This document shows positions 7,584 to 14,483 of a stretch of 60,409 nt of DNA, piece after piece. The DNA is taken from the IMG/VR virus record IMGVR_UViG_3300044514_000014, positions 1-60,409 of that record. One strand, written 5' to 3'. Source of the DNA: a virus. The translations under genes were made by a program, and so were the position numbers. The notes under the pieces are model-generated. The model was not told the origin of the DNA. It searched no databases and was given only the letters and a program-made list of their open reading frames with translations. Within the stretch, counting starts at the first letter, position 1. Every line of letters begins with the position of its first letter.

Positions 7584-7608
7584 GCCGGGAGCGGGCGCAG
7601 GGGGGCGG
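7584..7608 (+). repeat. GC-rich direct repeat, copy 2
   Basis: GCCGGGAGCGGGCGCAGGGGGGCGG, located immediately upstream of a consensus promoter. Confidence 0.7.
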
Positions 7609-7614
7609 TGAGGG

Positions 7615-7643
7615 TTGACATATTCTTTCCCTGGGCGTAAAAT
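7615..7643 (+). promoter_or_regulatory. Sigma70-type promoter TTGACA-17-TAAAAT
   Basis: TTGACA at 7615-7620 and TAAAAT at 7638-7643, with a 17-nt spacer, about 25 nt upstream of ATG 7668. Confidence 0.65.
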
Positions 7644-7667
7644 AAAATAAAAAGAAAGAGATAACGA

Positions 7668-7871
7668 ATGGATACATCTACACCGTTGAACCAGTTGGAA
7701 GCAGGCCGCGCAAAAACAGAGGCGGAATACAAGCTAGGCAAGAAGCTCAAATACCGTGAGCTTTACGGTTATACACCCGAGCAAATCGGAGCCCGTTTTG
7801 GAATACGCCCGCGAGAAGTCGCGGAGATGGCAGGGCGGGAGAATGGCGAACCGAAAGGAACAAGATCATGA
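7668..7871 (+). CDS. Small HTH-like protein
   Basis: YTPEQIGARFGIRPREVAEM looks like a helix-turn-helix. It is the first gene after the promoter. Confidence 0.5.
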   Translation: MDTSTPLNQLEAGRAKTEAEYKLGKKLKYRELYGYTPEQIGARFGIRPREVAEMAGRENGEPKGTRS

Positions 7872-8608
7872 AACTATCACCAAAAAGAATTGCCGGGTTT
7901 GCGGCTAAGGCTGTAATCGGCGCGGTTGTATTGGCCTTCCTGGGTCTGCACAGCATTAATTTTTTTATGTTCACCTTCCCTGTTGAACAGTCGTATTACG
8001 CATGGCTGGGTTTTGGGTTGACCGGCGGCGGGCTAGTTGGGTATTTAATCGTTTTTCTCTGGGAGGCAGATACCGCCCTGAAAAACTTTGTTTCCTTCGC
8101 CATGGTGATTATCTGTGGGATCGGCGAAGTTCTCGCAGCCCTTTTTGGGATGCAAATTGAATCGTGGAAGAAGGCCGGGTTTGCTCTAACCGAGCAGGAT
8201 TTCAACACAATGCTTTTAGTGGTTGGGATTTTGGCGTTTATACACTTCTTCGCCCTGGTCGCCTACCTTGCCGGTGAAAAGGTCATCGTCTTATTCGGCG
8301 ATGAAGACGGGGACGGCATAAAGAATTACCGCGATAAGGATTACAAGAAGAACAAAGGCACCGCGCCCGCGCCCGTCTATGCTCAGACTTCCCAACAGCC
8401 CGCGCCGCAGCACTCGCTCGATGAGTTCCTGCAAGTGGCCGGATTGACCCGCGAACAGGCCCGCGCCCAGTACGCAGATCGGGATGCGTTCATGGGTTTT
8501 GCCAGCGGCAAATTTGATTACATCTCGGGCGGCAACATGAAGCGCATCCACGGCGAGTTGATGGGAACGGGGAACGGTGCAAACCCTCAGGTGGGGCAGC
8601 GCCGCTAA
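7868..8608 (+). CDS. Integral membrane protein (4-5 TM) with a soluble C-terminal tail
   Basis: Several hydrophobic segments in the N-terminal 150 aa. ATGA-coupled start. Confidence 0.6.
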   Translation: MKLSPKRIAGFAAKAVIGAVVLAFLGLHSINFFMFTFPVEQSYYAWLGFGLTGGGLVGYLIVFLWEADTALKNFVSFAMVIICGIGEVLAALFGMQIESWKKAGFALTEQDFNTMLLVVGILAFIHFFALVAYLAGEKVIVLFGDEDGDGIKNYRDKDYKKNKGTAPAPVYAQTSQQPAPQHSLDEFLQVAGLTREQARAQYADRDAFMGFASGKFDYISGGNMKRIHGELMGTGNGANPQVGQRR

Positions 8609-8643
8609 AGGATGTTGCCCCTGACAATGAGCCAACAGCCCTG

Positions 8644-9024
8644 TTGGTACTTGATGAGGCAGAGGAAGAAAGTGCCCACGAGGAGCCAACAGCAAAGCTG
8701 GATGCCAACAGCAGGTTTGAATGGCGTAACGACCGCGACCCTTGGGCAGTTGTAATCAGGCACAGGGGCGGCGGCAGAAAACGAAAGACGATATACACAA
8801 TCTCGAAAGGTGGCAGATATGCTAAACAGTGGACAGAATGGGAAAGTGCCAGAGAAAACTACATTGCCAACAGAAGCCAACAAGCCAACAAACGAGCCAA
8901 CACAGGAAGAAGTGACGGAAATGGAGTTGGTAGTATTGAATTCGTTGTTGGCAAAGTACCAGTCACGGAAACTTATCTCAATCTCTCATCGGCTTCTGAA
9001 CGGAAAACAAACCTACTCCATTAA
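8644..9024 (+). CDS. Hypothetical ORF (TTG start, no RBS); frame conflict with 8810..9133
   Basis: The N-terminal part (FEWRNDRDPWAVVIRH) looks protein-like. The distal part is low-complexity sequence encoded by the heptamer repeats. Confidence 0.3.
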   Translation: MVLDEAEEESAHEEPTAKLDANSRFEWRNDRDPWAVVIRHRGGGRKRKTIYTISKGGRYAKQWTEWESARENYIANRSQQANKRANTGRSDGNGVGSIEFVVGKVPVTETYLNLSSASERKTNLLH

Positions 9025-9133
9025 CTTCCCTGTTGGCACATGGGAAATGGAGCGAGGAAAGTTCCAACTCAATGAGCCAACGAGCCAACAGGTGAGCCAA
9101 CAAACAAGCCAACAGGCGGAAATTACAGTATGA
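8810..9133 (+). CDS. Hypothetical ORF overlapping 8644..9024 in another frame
   Basis: The central part (ELVVLNSLLAKYQSRKLISISHRLLNGKQTYSINFPVGTW) looks protein-like. The ends are repeat-encoded. Confidence 0.35.
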   Translation: MADMLNSGQNGKVPEKTTLPTEANKPTNEPTQEEVTEMELVVLNSLLAKYQSRKLISISHRLLNGKQTYSINFPVGTWEMERGKFQLNEPTSQQVSQQTSQQAEITV

Positions 9134-9507
9134 ATTTGAAGTTGGCTTTACTGGTTTTAGTGTTGGCATCTCTCGCGTGCGGACAACAGGTCACCACCCC
9201 GACCGCCTCGCCCTCGCCGCTCCCCTCCCCCACTGTGACGGATACCCTCCCTCATGCGACGGAAACAATCCCGGCACCTGCGGCGGCTGAGACTGAGTGG
9301 ATCGGATTTGTCAGACAACCAGTCGTGAATATCCATGAGACGCCGGGCGGAGTTGTTAGAACAGATGTTTGGTTGTCGGCTGGTGCTGTGGTCAAAATCC
9401 TCCGCTGCGTTGACGAGTGGTGCGAGATCCAAGAACCGGCCGGCTGGATTTGGCGGGGGTGTTTAGAAGGGGCGCAAAGCAGCCTGGGGTGTGAGGCGGA
9501 TAAGTAA
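9130..9507 (+). CDS. Lipoprotein with SH3-like domain
   Basis: Signal peptide plus lipobox LASLAC, a Pro/Thr linker, then an SH3b-like segment (WIGFVRQPVVNIHETPGG..VKILRCVDEWCEIQ). Confidence 0.6.
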   Translation: MNLKLALLVLVLASLACGQQVTTPTASPSPLPSPTVTDTLPHATETIPAPAAAETEWIGFVRQPVVNIHETPGGVVRTDVWLSAGAVVKILRCVDEWCEIQEPAGWIWRGCLEGAQSSLGCEADK

Positions 9508-9516
9508 GGAGTTGAA

Positions 9517-9744
9517 ATGATTAAGTCGAACATTGTCACGATTACAAGAGTTGGAACTGATTGGGTTGATTACTCGGCCGGCCGCGGCGAAAGGTATTCA
9601 ATCAGCAATCAGAAATTCCCCGGAGCGGAAGTGGGGCAAACGTGGGAAGTGATAACTGACCATTCAGGCCAATACCCCACAGGGAAAGTCATCTCTGCGG
9701 TCTTGCGAAGGGGCGCAAAGCAGCCTAGGGTGCGAAGCAGATAG
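9517..9744 (+). CDS. Hypothetical protein
   Basis: RBS AAGGAG. The N-terminus MIKSN resembles that of the next ORF. Its 3' end lies in the 39-nt direct repeat. Confidence 0.55.
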   Translation: MIKSNIVTITRVGTDWVDYSAGRGERYSISNQKFPGAEVGQTWEVITDHSGQYPTGKVISAVLRRGAKQPRVRSR

Positions 9745-9753
9745 GAGATAAAA

Positions 9754-9999
9754 ATGTTCAAATCAAACACTGTAAATAGTTGGCAATGTGAACGATGTAA
9801 TCAGATTACCCAGGTGGGTTTAGTTCATGTGTGCCCGAAGTGGGATGGCGGCCAAGTGACTCAATCCGACACTCACGTTATATGGATAGGGCCTGAGCAA
9901 CAAGATGCACAGATGATGATTGCAATCCATACAAGAACCGTCATTCGAGCACACACGCTGGCGGGAAGCGCCGCTGAACAGAAAGGAAATGAGCCATGA
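9754..9999 (+). CDS. Hypothetical Cys-containing protein
   Basis: RBS AGGAGA. N-terminus MFKSN. Confidence 0.5.
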   Translation: MFKSNTVNSWQCERCNQITQVGLVHVCPKWDGGQVTQSDTHVIWIGPEQQDAQMMIAIHTRTVIRAHTLAGSAAEQKGNEP

Positions 10000-10169
10000 A
10001 GAAAAGCGCAAAGCAAGAGATTGCCGTAAGAGTTTTAGAACGCGAAGAACTACGCAAGGCAGCGGGAGTACAAACCTGCTCGCGTTGTCATGGATCGGGA
10101 TGGACAATGGGCAAACCAACCCGCACTTGTCCACATTGCAAAGGGACAGGGAAAGCGGGCTTTGAATGA
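9996..10169 (+). CDS. 57-aa DnaJ-type zinc-finger mini-protein (CxxCxGxG x2)
   Basis: Below the track cutoff. CSRCHGSG and CPHCKGTG motifs. ATGA overlaps at both ends. Confidence 0.5.
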   Translation: MKKSAKQEIAVRVLEREELRKAAGVQTCSRCHGSGWTMGKPTRTCPHCKGTGKAGFE

Positions 10170-10327
10170 GACGACCATCTGACAAACGCTCTGGCGACAA
10201 AGCGGCTAAAGCTATCAAACCGCCGAAGAAAAAGGCGGACGCTGAAGCCTGCCGGAACTGCGGCGAGAACGATTGGAAGCAATGTATGCACGGCGAATTT
10301 TGTGCATACTGTCAGGCGGCGCGCTAG
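10166..10327 (+). CDS. 53-aa basic Cys-rich protein
   Basis: Below the track cutoff. CRNCG..C..CAYC. ATGA-coupled. Confidence 0.4.
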   Translation: MRRPSDKRSGDKAAKAIKPPKKKADAEACRNCGENDWKQCMHGEFCAYCQAAR

Positions 10328-10385
10328 AACTGGTGTTCTAGTGCATCCACCTTTGAAGCCTACCCTATGGTAGAAAGGATGTTCT

Positions 10386-10571
10386 ATGAGAAGAGACCAT
10401 CAAAAACCAATGTACCACATCGAAGAAAAAGAAGGGCATCATTACGTTTATTATCTGCAATATACGCCGGTCGAAACTCTGTTCGATGTAACAAAAACAC
10501 GCGAACAGGCAGAGCAGGCAATCAAGGATCATAAAGACGGTAAACATCCGACGCAGGCGAAATTTGGCTAA
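10386..10571 (+). CDS. Hypothetical protein
   Basis: ORF with RBS GAAAGGA. Confidence 0.5.
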   Translation: MRRDHQKPMYHIEEKEGHHYVYYLQYTPVETLFDVTKTREQAEQAIKDHKDGKHPTQAKFG

Positions 10572-10677
10572 TTAATCGCACGAACTTTCAATGTTGTAAT
10601 TGATACCTTTTTAGCATTTGCAAGTCTTGTAATACACATCATCGATAGGGCGGAGGCTGTGCCGCCACGGAGCACTT

Positions 10678-10947
10678 ATGCAAAGTGAACTTGAGCTCAT
10701 GGCAGGGGCGGACGATCCGCACGGATCAACCAGCCGGATTAAGAAGGCGATGGCGCAACTGATCCGCGAAATCAGTCTTGTAGAAAAGCTGGATGTTTCC
10801 GCTGATATTGCACAGCGGGTTTGGGAGCGGGCGCAGAAGATTGATGCTAATACAAGCAGGACGGAAAGCTTCCTGCACTCGCTTGCCAATGTGTTCAAGT
10901 TTAGCGCCGGTGAAGCTGAAAGGGTATACCCAAGCAAGAAGAAGTGA
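10678..10947 (+). CDS. Hypothetical protein
   Basis: ORF with RBS GGAG. It is the last ORF before the long untranslated region. Confidence 0.5.
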   Translation: MQSELELMAGADDPHGSTSRIKKAMAQLIREISLVEKLDVSADIAQRVWERAQKIDANTSRTESFLHSLANVFKFSAGEAERVYPSKKK

Positions 10948-11215
10948 TATAATACAAGCATTGTTCGGGCGGCGGCGTGGAATGCACAGGTACAACCAAT
11001 GGCATATTCCAGCGGTTATTGGCCTTAGGACACGCGCTAGTTGCACAGGAAATCCGGAGCTACGATGATAAGATCGCCTGAAATATAGCCTCTGTTAGTA
11101 TCTGTGAGGGCGCTGGGTAGAGCCAGCTAGCAGGAGTAGCGACCTGCCCGCCTGAACGAAAACAATTCACACTCTTTCCGGTACGCCGGATTGAGAACAT
11201 GCAGCAAGTACGCTT

Positions 11216-11260
11216 GCCGCTTCCTAGGTCTCCATAAGGAGATTGGAAGCGGCTTTTTTT
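11216..11260 (+). terminator. Rho-independent terminator
   Basis: GCCGCTTCC..TCTCC-ATAA-GGAGA..GGAAGCGGC followed by T7. Confidence 0.85.
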
Positions 11261-11291
11261 GTTTGTAAACATAAACAAGGAGATTGTAAAC

Positions 11292-11492
11292 ATGTTAGAT
11301 CCTATCGTTTTGGCTGCGCTTGTCGCACTCGTGAAAGTGATTGCAGATACCTACTTTCCACAGTTCCCGATAAGTGAGGAATTGATCTATGCCCTGATCG
11401 CGGCCTTGCTTGGCTTGTTCGGCCTGGAAGTGGTCAAAGTCGGTGTACAACGCTTCGCGCCAACGAAGCGAGGACTGTTCAAGAAATCGTAG
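11292..11492 (+). CDS. Holin-like two-TM protein
   Basis: ATG 11292 follows AAGGAG. 66 aa with two hydrophobic helices and a basic C-terminus. It lies upstream of the endolysin. Confidence 0.5.
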   Translation: MLDPIVLAALVALVKVIADTYFPQFPISEELIYALIAALLGLFGLEVVKVGVQRFAPTKRGLFKKS

Positions 11493-11632
11493 CGGGGGAT
11501 ATGAATAATCCGCTCCGCCCGCCCGCCGCAAAAGCTCTTTTCTCGGTCTTGGCCGACGCCAAAGACTCGCGTCCTTCATTGGTCGGCGGATTGCGGCGGG
11601 GCGGATATTAGATATCTTAGCAGGGATATGCC

Positions 11633-11785
11633 ATGACAGAAACCGAAGGTTATAAAAAGCGTAGCGGGATCTCGGGCAACCCCAGGCGTCCGAGTATTGT
11701 GGGGTGGCTTCATGCCGCCCGCGCTGGAGGCGGGTTGATCGCCGTCAAAGGTTGCGAGAGTAACGCGACTCGCTGGCAGAAATAA
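11633..11785 (+). CDS. 50-aa hypothetical ORF
   Basis: Below the track cutoff. Its stop overlaps the next ATG (TAATG). Weak support. Confidence 0.25.
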   Translation: MTETEGYKKRSGISGNPRRPSIVGWLHAARAGGGLIAVKGCESNATRWQK

Positions 11786-12282
11786 TGACACCTGAACAAT
11801 TATTCGTTATCCAAATCCTGTTGTTATTTGTTCAATTTGGAGGCGCTTTCTCCCTGTTCTTTCTCTCGATGCGGAAAAATAAATCAGAGATAAAAGTCAA
11901 CCTATCCCAGGAAAAAAATAACCTTGCTGATGCCGCCGAAACAGCGGCAAGCGCATTGATAGAGGCGCTGAAGTTTGCAGAATCGGAGCGTAAGTTATTT
12001 GAGCAACGGATTGATGAACTGGAAGCTCGCAAAGGGGAACGGGATAAGCAGATCGCAGACCTACAGGCACAGACGAAGGATTTACTGGACAGTATCGCCG
12101 CTGACACGAAACTAACAGAAGAATTACGAGTCCGAATTGCGGAGATGGAAGAAAAATACAACCGGATGAAGCGTGTCAATGAAAAACTAGTCAAAGCGTT
12201 GAATGAAGCTGGTGTACCTATGCCTGATTTCAATGGCGACATAAGCGATAGTGTCAGGGGGTTGAGGTGGCCTGCCAAATGA
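11785..12282 (+). CDS. N-terminally membrane-anchored coiled-coil protein (lysis accessory / spanin-like?)
   Basis: TM segment FVIQILLLFVQFGGAFSLFFL followed by a long heptad-rich segment. Located in the lysis block. Confidence 0.5.
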   Translation: MTPEQLFVIQILLLFVQFGGAFSLFFLSMRKNKSEIKVNLSQEKNNLADAAETAASALIEALKFAESERKLFEQRIDELEARKGERDKQIADLQAQTKDLLDSIAADTKLTEELRVRIAEMEEKYNRMKRVNEKLVKALNEAGVPMPDFNGDISDSVRGLRWPAK

Positions 12283-12446
12283 AACTCTACCTCCGCCCCT
12301 TGTCCCGCATCGAGCGCCTGATGCAGGAATGGCGCGCACGCCTGGCCGCGTACGACACGAAGCGCCTGGTGGATGTGTGCCTGCTGGGAGTCACATTTGT
12401 GTGGTTTGTGTACGTGGTAATTTTCAAGCCGGTGGTGATGCCGTGA
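12279..12446 (+). CDS. 55-aa tail-anchored membrane protein
   Basis: Below the track cutoff. ATGA overlap with the upstream gene and GTGA overlap with the endolysin start. TM segment VCLLGVTFVWFVYVVIF. Confidence 0.45.
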   Translation: MKLYLRPLSRIERLMQEWRARLAAYDTKRLVDVCLLGVTFVWFVYVVIFKPVVMP

Positions 12447-13600
12447 TCCTGAATAAGCAATACCTCACGAATAATCTGTGGTTTGGCGATAACGAGCGGG
12501 CGCATAACCTGCGCGAGCATGAGAAAGTATTGCTCAAGACCCGCGACTTGCGTCTTGCTACGTTGACCTGGGCAGAGCCAAGCCCGTCTCACGAGTGGGG
12601 TGTGGATGTATCCGGGCGCTGGGATGGCAATGTCGATTTCACTGTGACGGCCGCGGCGGGCGCTTCTTTTGCGATCATAAAATGTATGGATGGGAGAGTC
12701 CCGACTCGCCTATGGCTTGAGAACCGCAATCGGGCAATAGCCGCTGGGCTGATCGTGGGGGAGTATGGCTGGCTGTACCCTCACAAGTACGTGGATTGCA
12801 AAGCGCAAGCGCGGGATATGTTCGAGCGAGTGCGGACAGTCCAGAAGCAATTACCACTGACAATTGATTTTGAGTGGACGAAATACAACGGAGTACAAGC
12901 CAACCCGACCTACTCAGACCTGGATATTTGGGTTACTGAGTTTATCCGCAATTCCGGCTACAAGCCCATGCTTTACACGGCGGCGGGGTATTGTAATCCG
13001 CTGGGCAGGATGCCCGCCGAACTCAAAGCCAAGTTTTGCGCGTTGTGGATCGCGAATTATGGCGTGTTGTTTCCATTACTGCCTTCCGGCTGGTCGTACT
13101 GGCAATTCCATCAGTTCGCGGCGAGTGGGGAAGCGAAGCGGATTGCGCCGAACGATACGGGGAAATTAGAGGTTGACCTGGATTATTGGATAGATGATTT
13201 GGAATCATTACAGAGATTCGCGAGTGTGCCAGTCACGCCGCCCGGAAACGGAGAACCTATGACGCAGATTATTATCAAAGGTGATGTGTTGACGACACTA
13301 AACATCCGGGCCGGGGCCGGGACTGAGCATCAGGTCGTTGGCTCACTCAAAGCCGGTGACAAGATCGAAGCTACCGAGAACATATATCAATGGCTGCACC
13401 TGTCTACGGCCAACGGCGCGCCGGTAGTGGGGCAGTGGGCGAGTGCTGGGTCGCAGAAGCAGTACATCAAATGGGATTGGTTCACGGTAGATGAGCCTCC
13501 GCCTCCGCCGCCTGCATTCAACTTCCCGCCGCGCTTTGAGGCGCAGTACACCGATGCCGCCGGGAATGTGATCGCGAATCAGTTTTATGTGCCTGAGTAG
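12443..13600 (+). CDS. Endolysin: GH25 muramidase + SH3 domain + Pro-rich C-terminal region
   Basis: GVDVS..DF..FAIIK..GEYGW..DFEW..WIANYG..WQFHQF..LEVDLDYW fit the GH25 pattern. SH3-like segment IIIKGDVLTTLNIRAGAG. GTG 12443 is preferred over the track ATG 12329. Confidence 0.8.
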   Translation: MILNKQYLTNNLWFGDNERAHNLREHEKVLLKTRDLRLATLTWAEPSPSHEWGVDVSGRWDGNVDFTVTAAAGASFAIIKCMDGRVPTRLWLENRNRAIAAGLIVGEYGWLYPHKYVDCKAQARDMFERVRTVQKQLPLTIDFEWTKYNGVQANPTYSDLDIWVTEFIRNSGYKPMLYTAAGYCNPLGRMPAELKAKFCALWIANYGVLFPLLPSGWSYWQFHQFAASGEAKRIAPNDTGKLEVDLDYWIDDLESLQRFASVPVTPPGNGEPMTQIIIKGDVLTTLNIRAGAGTEHQVVGSLKAGDKIEATENIYQWLHLSTANGAPVVGQWASAGSQKQYIKWDWFTVDEPPPPPPAFNFPPRFEAQYTDAAGNVIANQFYVPE

Positions 13601-13611
13601 AAAGGATTGAA

Positions 13612-13815
13612 ATGCACGAACATACCGATAAACCCTGCAAGCACGATTTGAAAGAATGTACCGAGTGCGGCAATGTGTACTGCTCGAAGTGCAGCCAGGA
13701 ATGGCTCAAAGAAAAGAACGGGATTTATACCATTCCTGCTTCTTGGCCTTACTCTGTTACTGGAATCACGTTTACCACTGCCGACTCTGTGAATACGCCT
13801 CATACGCACCAATGA
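13612..13815 (+). CDS. Cys-rich 67-aa protein, paralogue A
   Basis: Clearly paralogous, with few substitutions, to 18344..18547 (MHEHTDKPCKHDLKECTECGN..). Confidence 0.6.
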   Translation: MHEHTDKPCKHDLKECTECGNVYCSKCSQEWLKEKNGIYTIPASWPYSVTGITFTTADSVNTPHTHQ

Positions 13816-14462
13816 CCTTCCCTGACACCCTTGTTATCCCGCCGAATGTGCGCTATGTGCCGGAGCAAGACCCGGTGATCGAGCCGCCTGTGCCGACACT
13901 CTGGCGCGTGCTTCATGATGTGGAAACCGCTGCGGGAAACTGGCGGCCTGGCAAGCCTGAGGTACACAGACTCATGCCTGACCATCATGTAGTGCTGACC
14001 GAAGAAATACAGTGGCTATGGCGGAGCATGAATCCGCACATGACCGATGTGAAGTTTTGCAAAATGTTCGGGAACAAACTTGCTTTTACTAACGGCTCAG
14101 GCTTCCCTGGCCATGCGAATTACATCCTGGGCGAAGAATTGGAAAAGCCGGATCCCCGCTTTGACCAGGCGCGCACCTGCGGCGGAGCGTTGAAAATAGG
14201 GCAGATGGTAGGCGATTATCTCTATCTGGAAACGATTGATACCCGCCGCCCAATCCCTTCTGCTGAGTATGTCCTGGCGCGGCGCTGGTTATTCTTCGAT
14301 GCAGTGTTATCCGGCGACGTTATCAGGATGTTCCCGCAAGGAGATGGCCTCCCTGTCTTTGTGCCGCTGCTTACTGCGACCGATGGCGTAAAGCTGCCGA
14401 TGTGGAAGTTGCAGAAGTGGACGGGGCCGGGATTGCCGTCGCCGTACCAAATATACACGTAG
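13812..14462 (+). CDS. Hypothetical protein (216 aa)
   Basis: ATGA-coupled start at 13812 inside the longer track ORF 13656... Confidence 0.55.
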   Translation: MTFPDTLVIPPNVRYVPEQDPVIEPPVPTLWRVLHDVETAAGNWRPGKPEVHRLMPDHHVVLTEEIQWLWRSMNPHMTDVKFCKMFGNKLAFTNGSGFPGHANYILGEELEKPDPRFDQARTCGGALKIGQMVGDYLYLETIDTRRPIPSAEYVLARRWLFFDAVLSGDVIRMFPQGDGLPVFVPLLTATDGVKLPMWKLQKWTGPGLPSPYQIYT

Positions 14463-14483
14463 AAAGGTAATGAACCTTAACAA

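Larger units (their letters stand above)
8631..9167. repeat. Dense cluster of GCCAACA heptamers (about 11 forward, about 4 reverse)
   Basis: Forward copies at 8631, 8685, 8704, 8866, 8876, 8884, 8896, 9084, 9096, 9108 (variant at 9076). Reverse TGTTGGC at 8946, 9031, 9161 (variants at 8641, 9141). Confidence 0.85.

Noticed and set aside
12329-12442. The track's ATG 12329 as the endolysin start
   Set aside because: The encoded N-terminal 38 aa (MARTPGRVRHEAPGGCVPAGSHICVVCVRGNF...) look non-protein-like. They overlap a better-supported ATGA-coupled membrane ORF in another frame. GTG 12443 is preferred.
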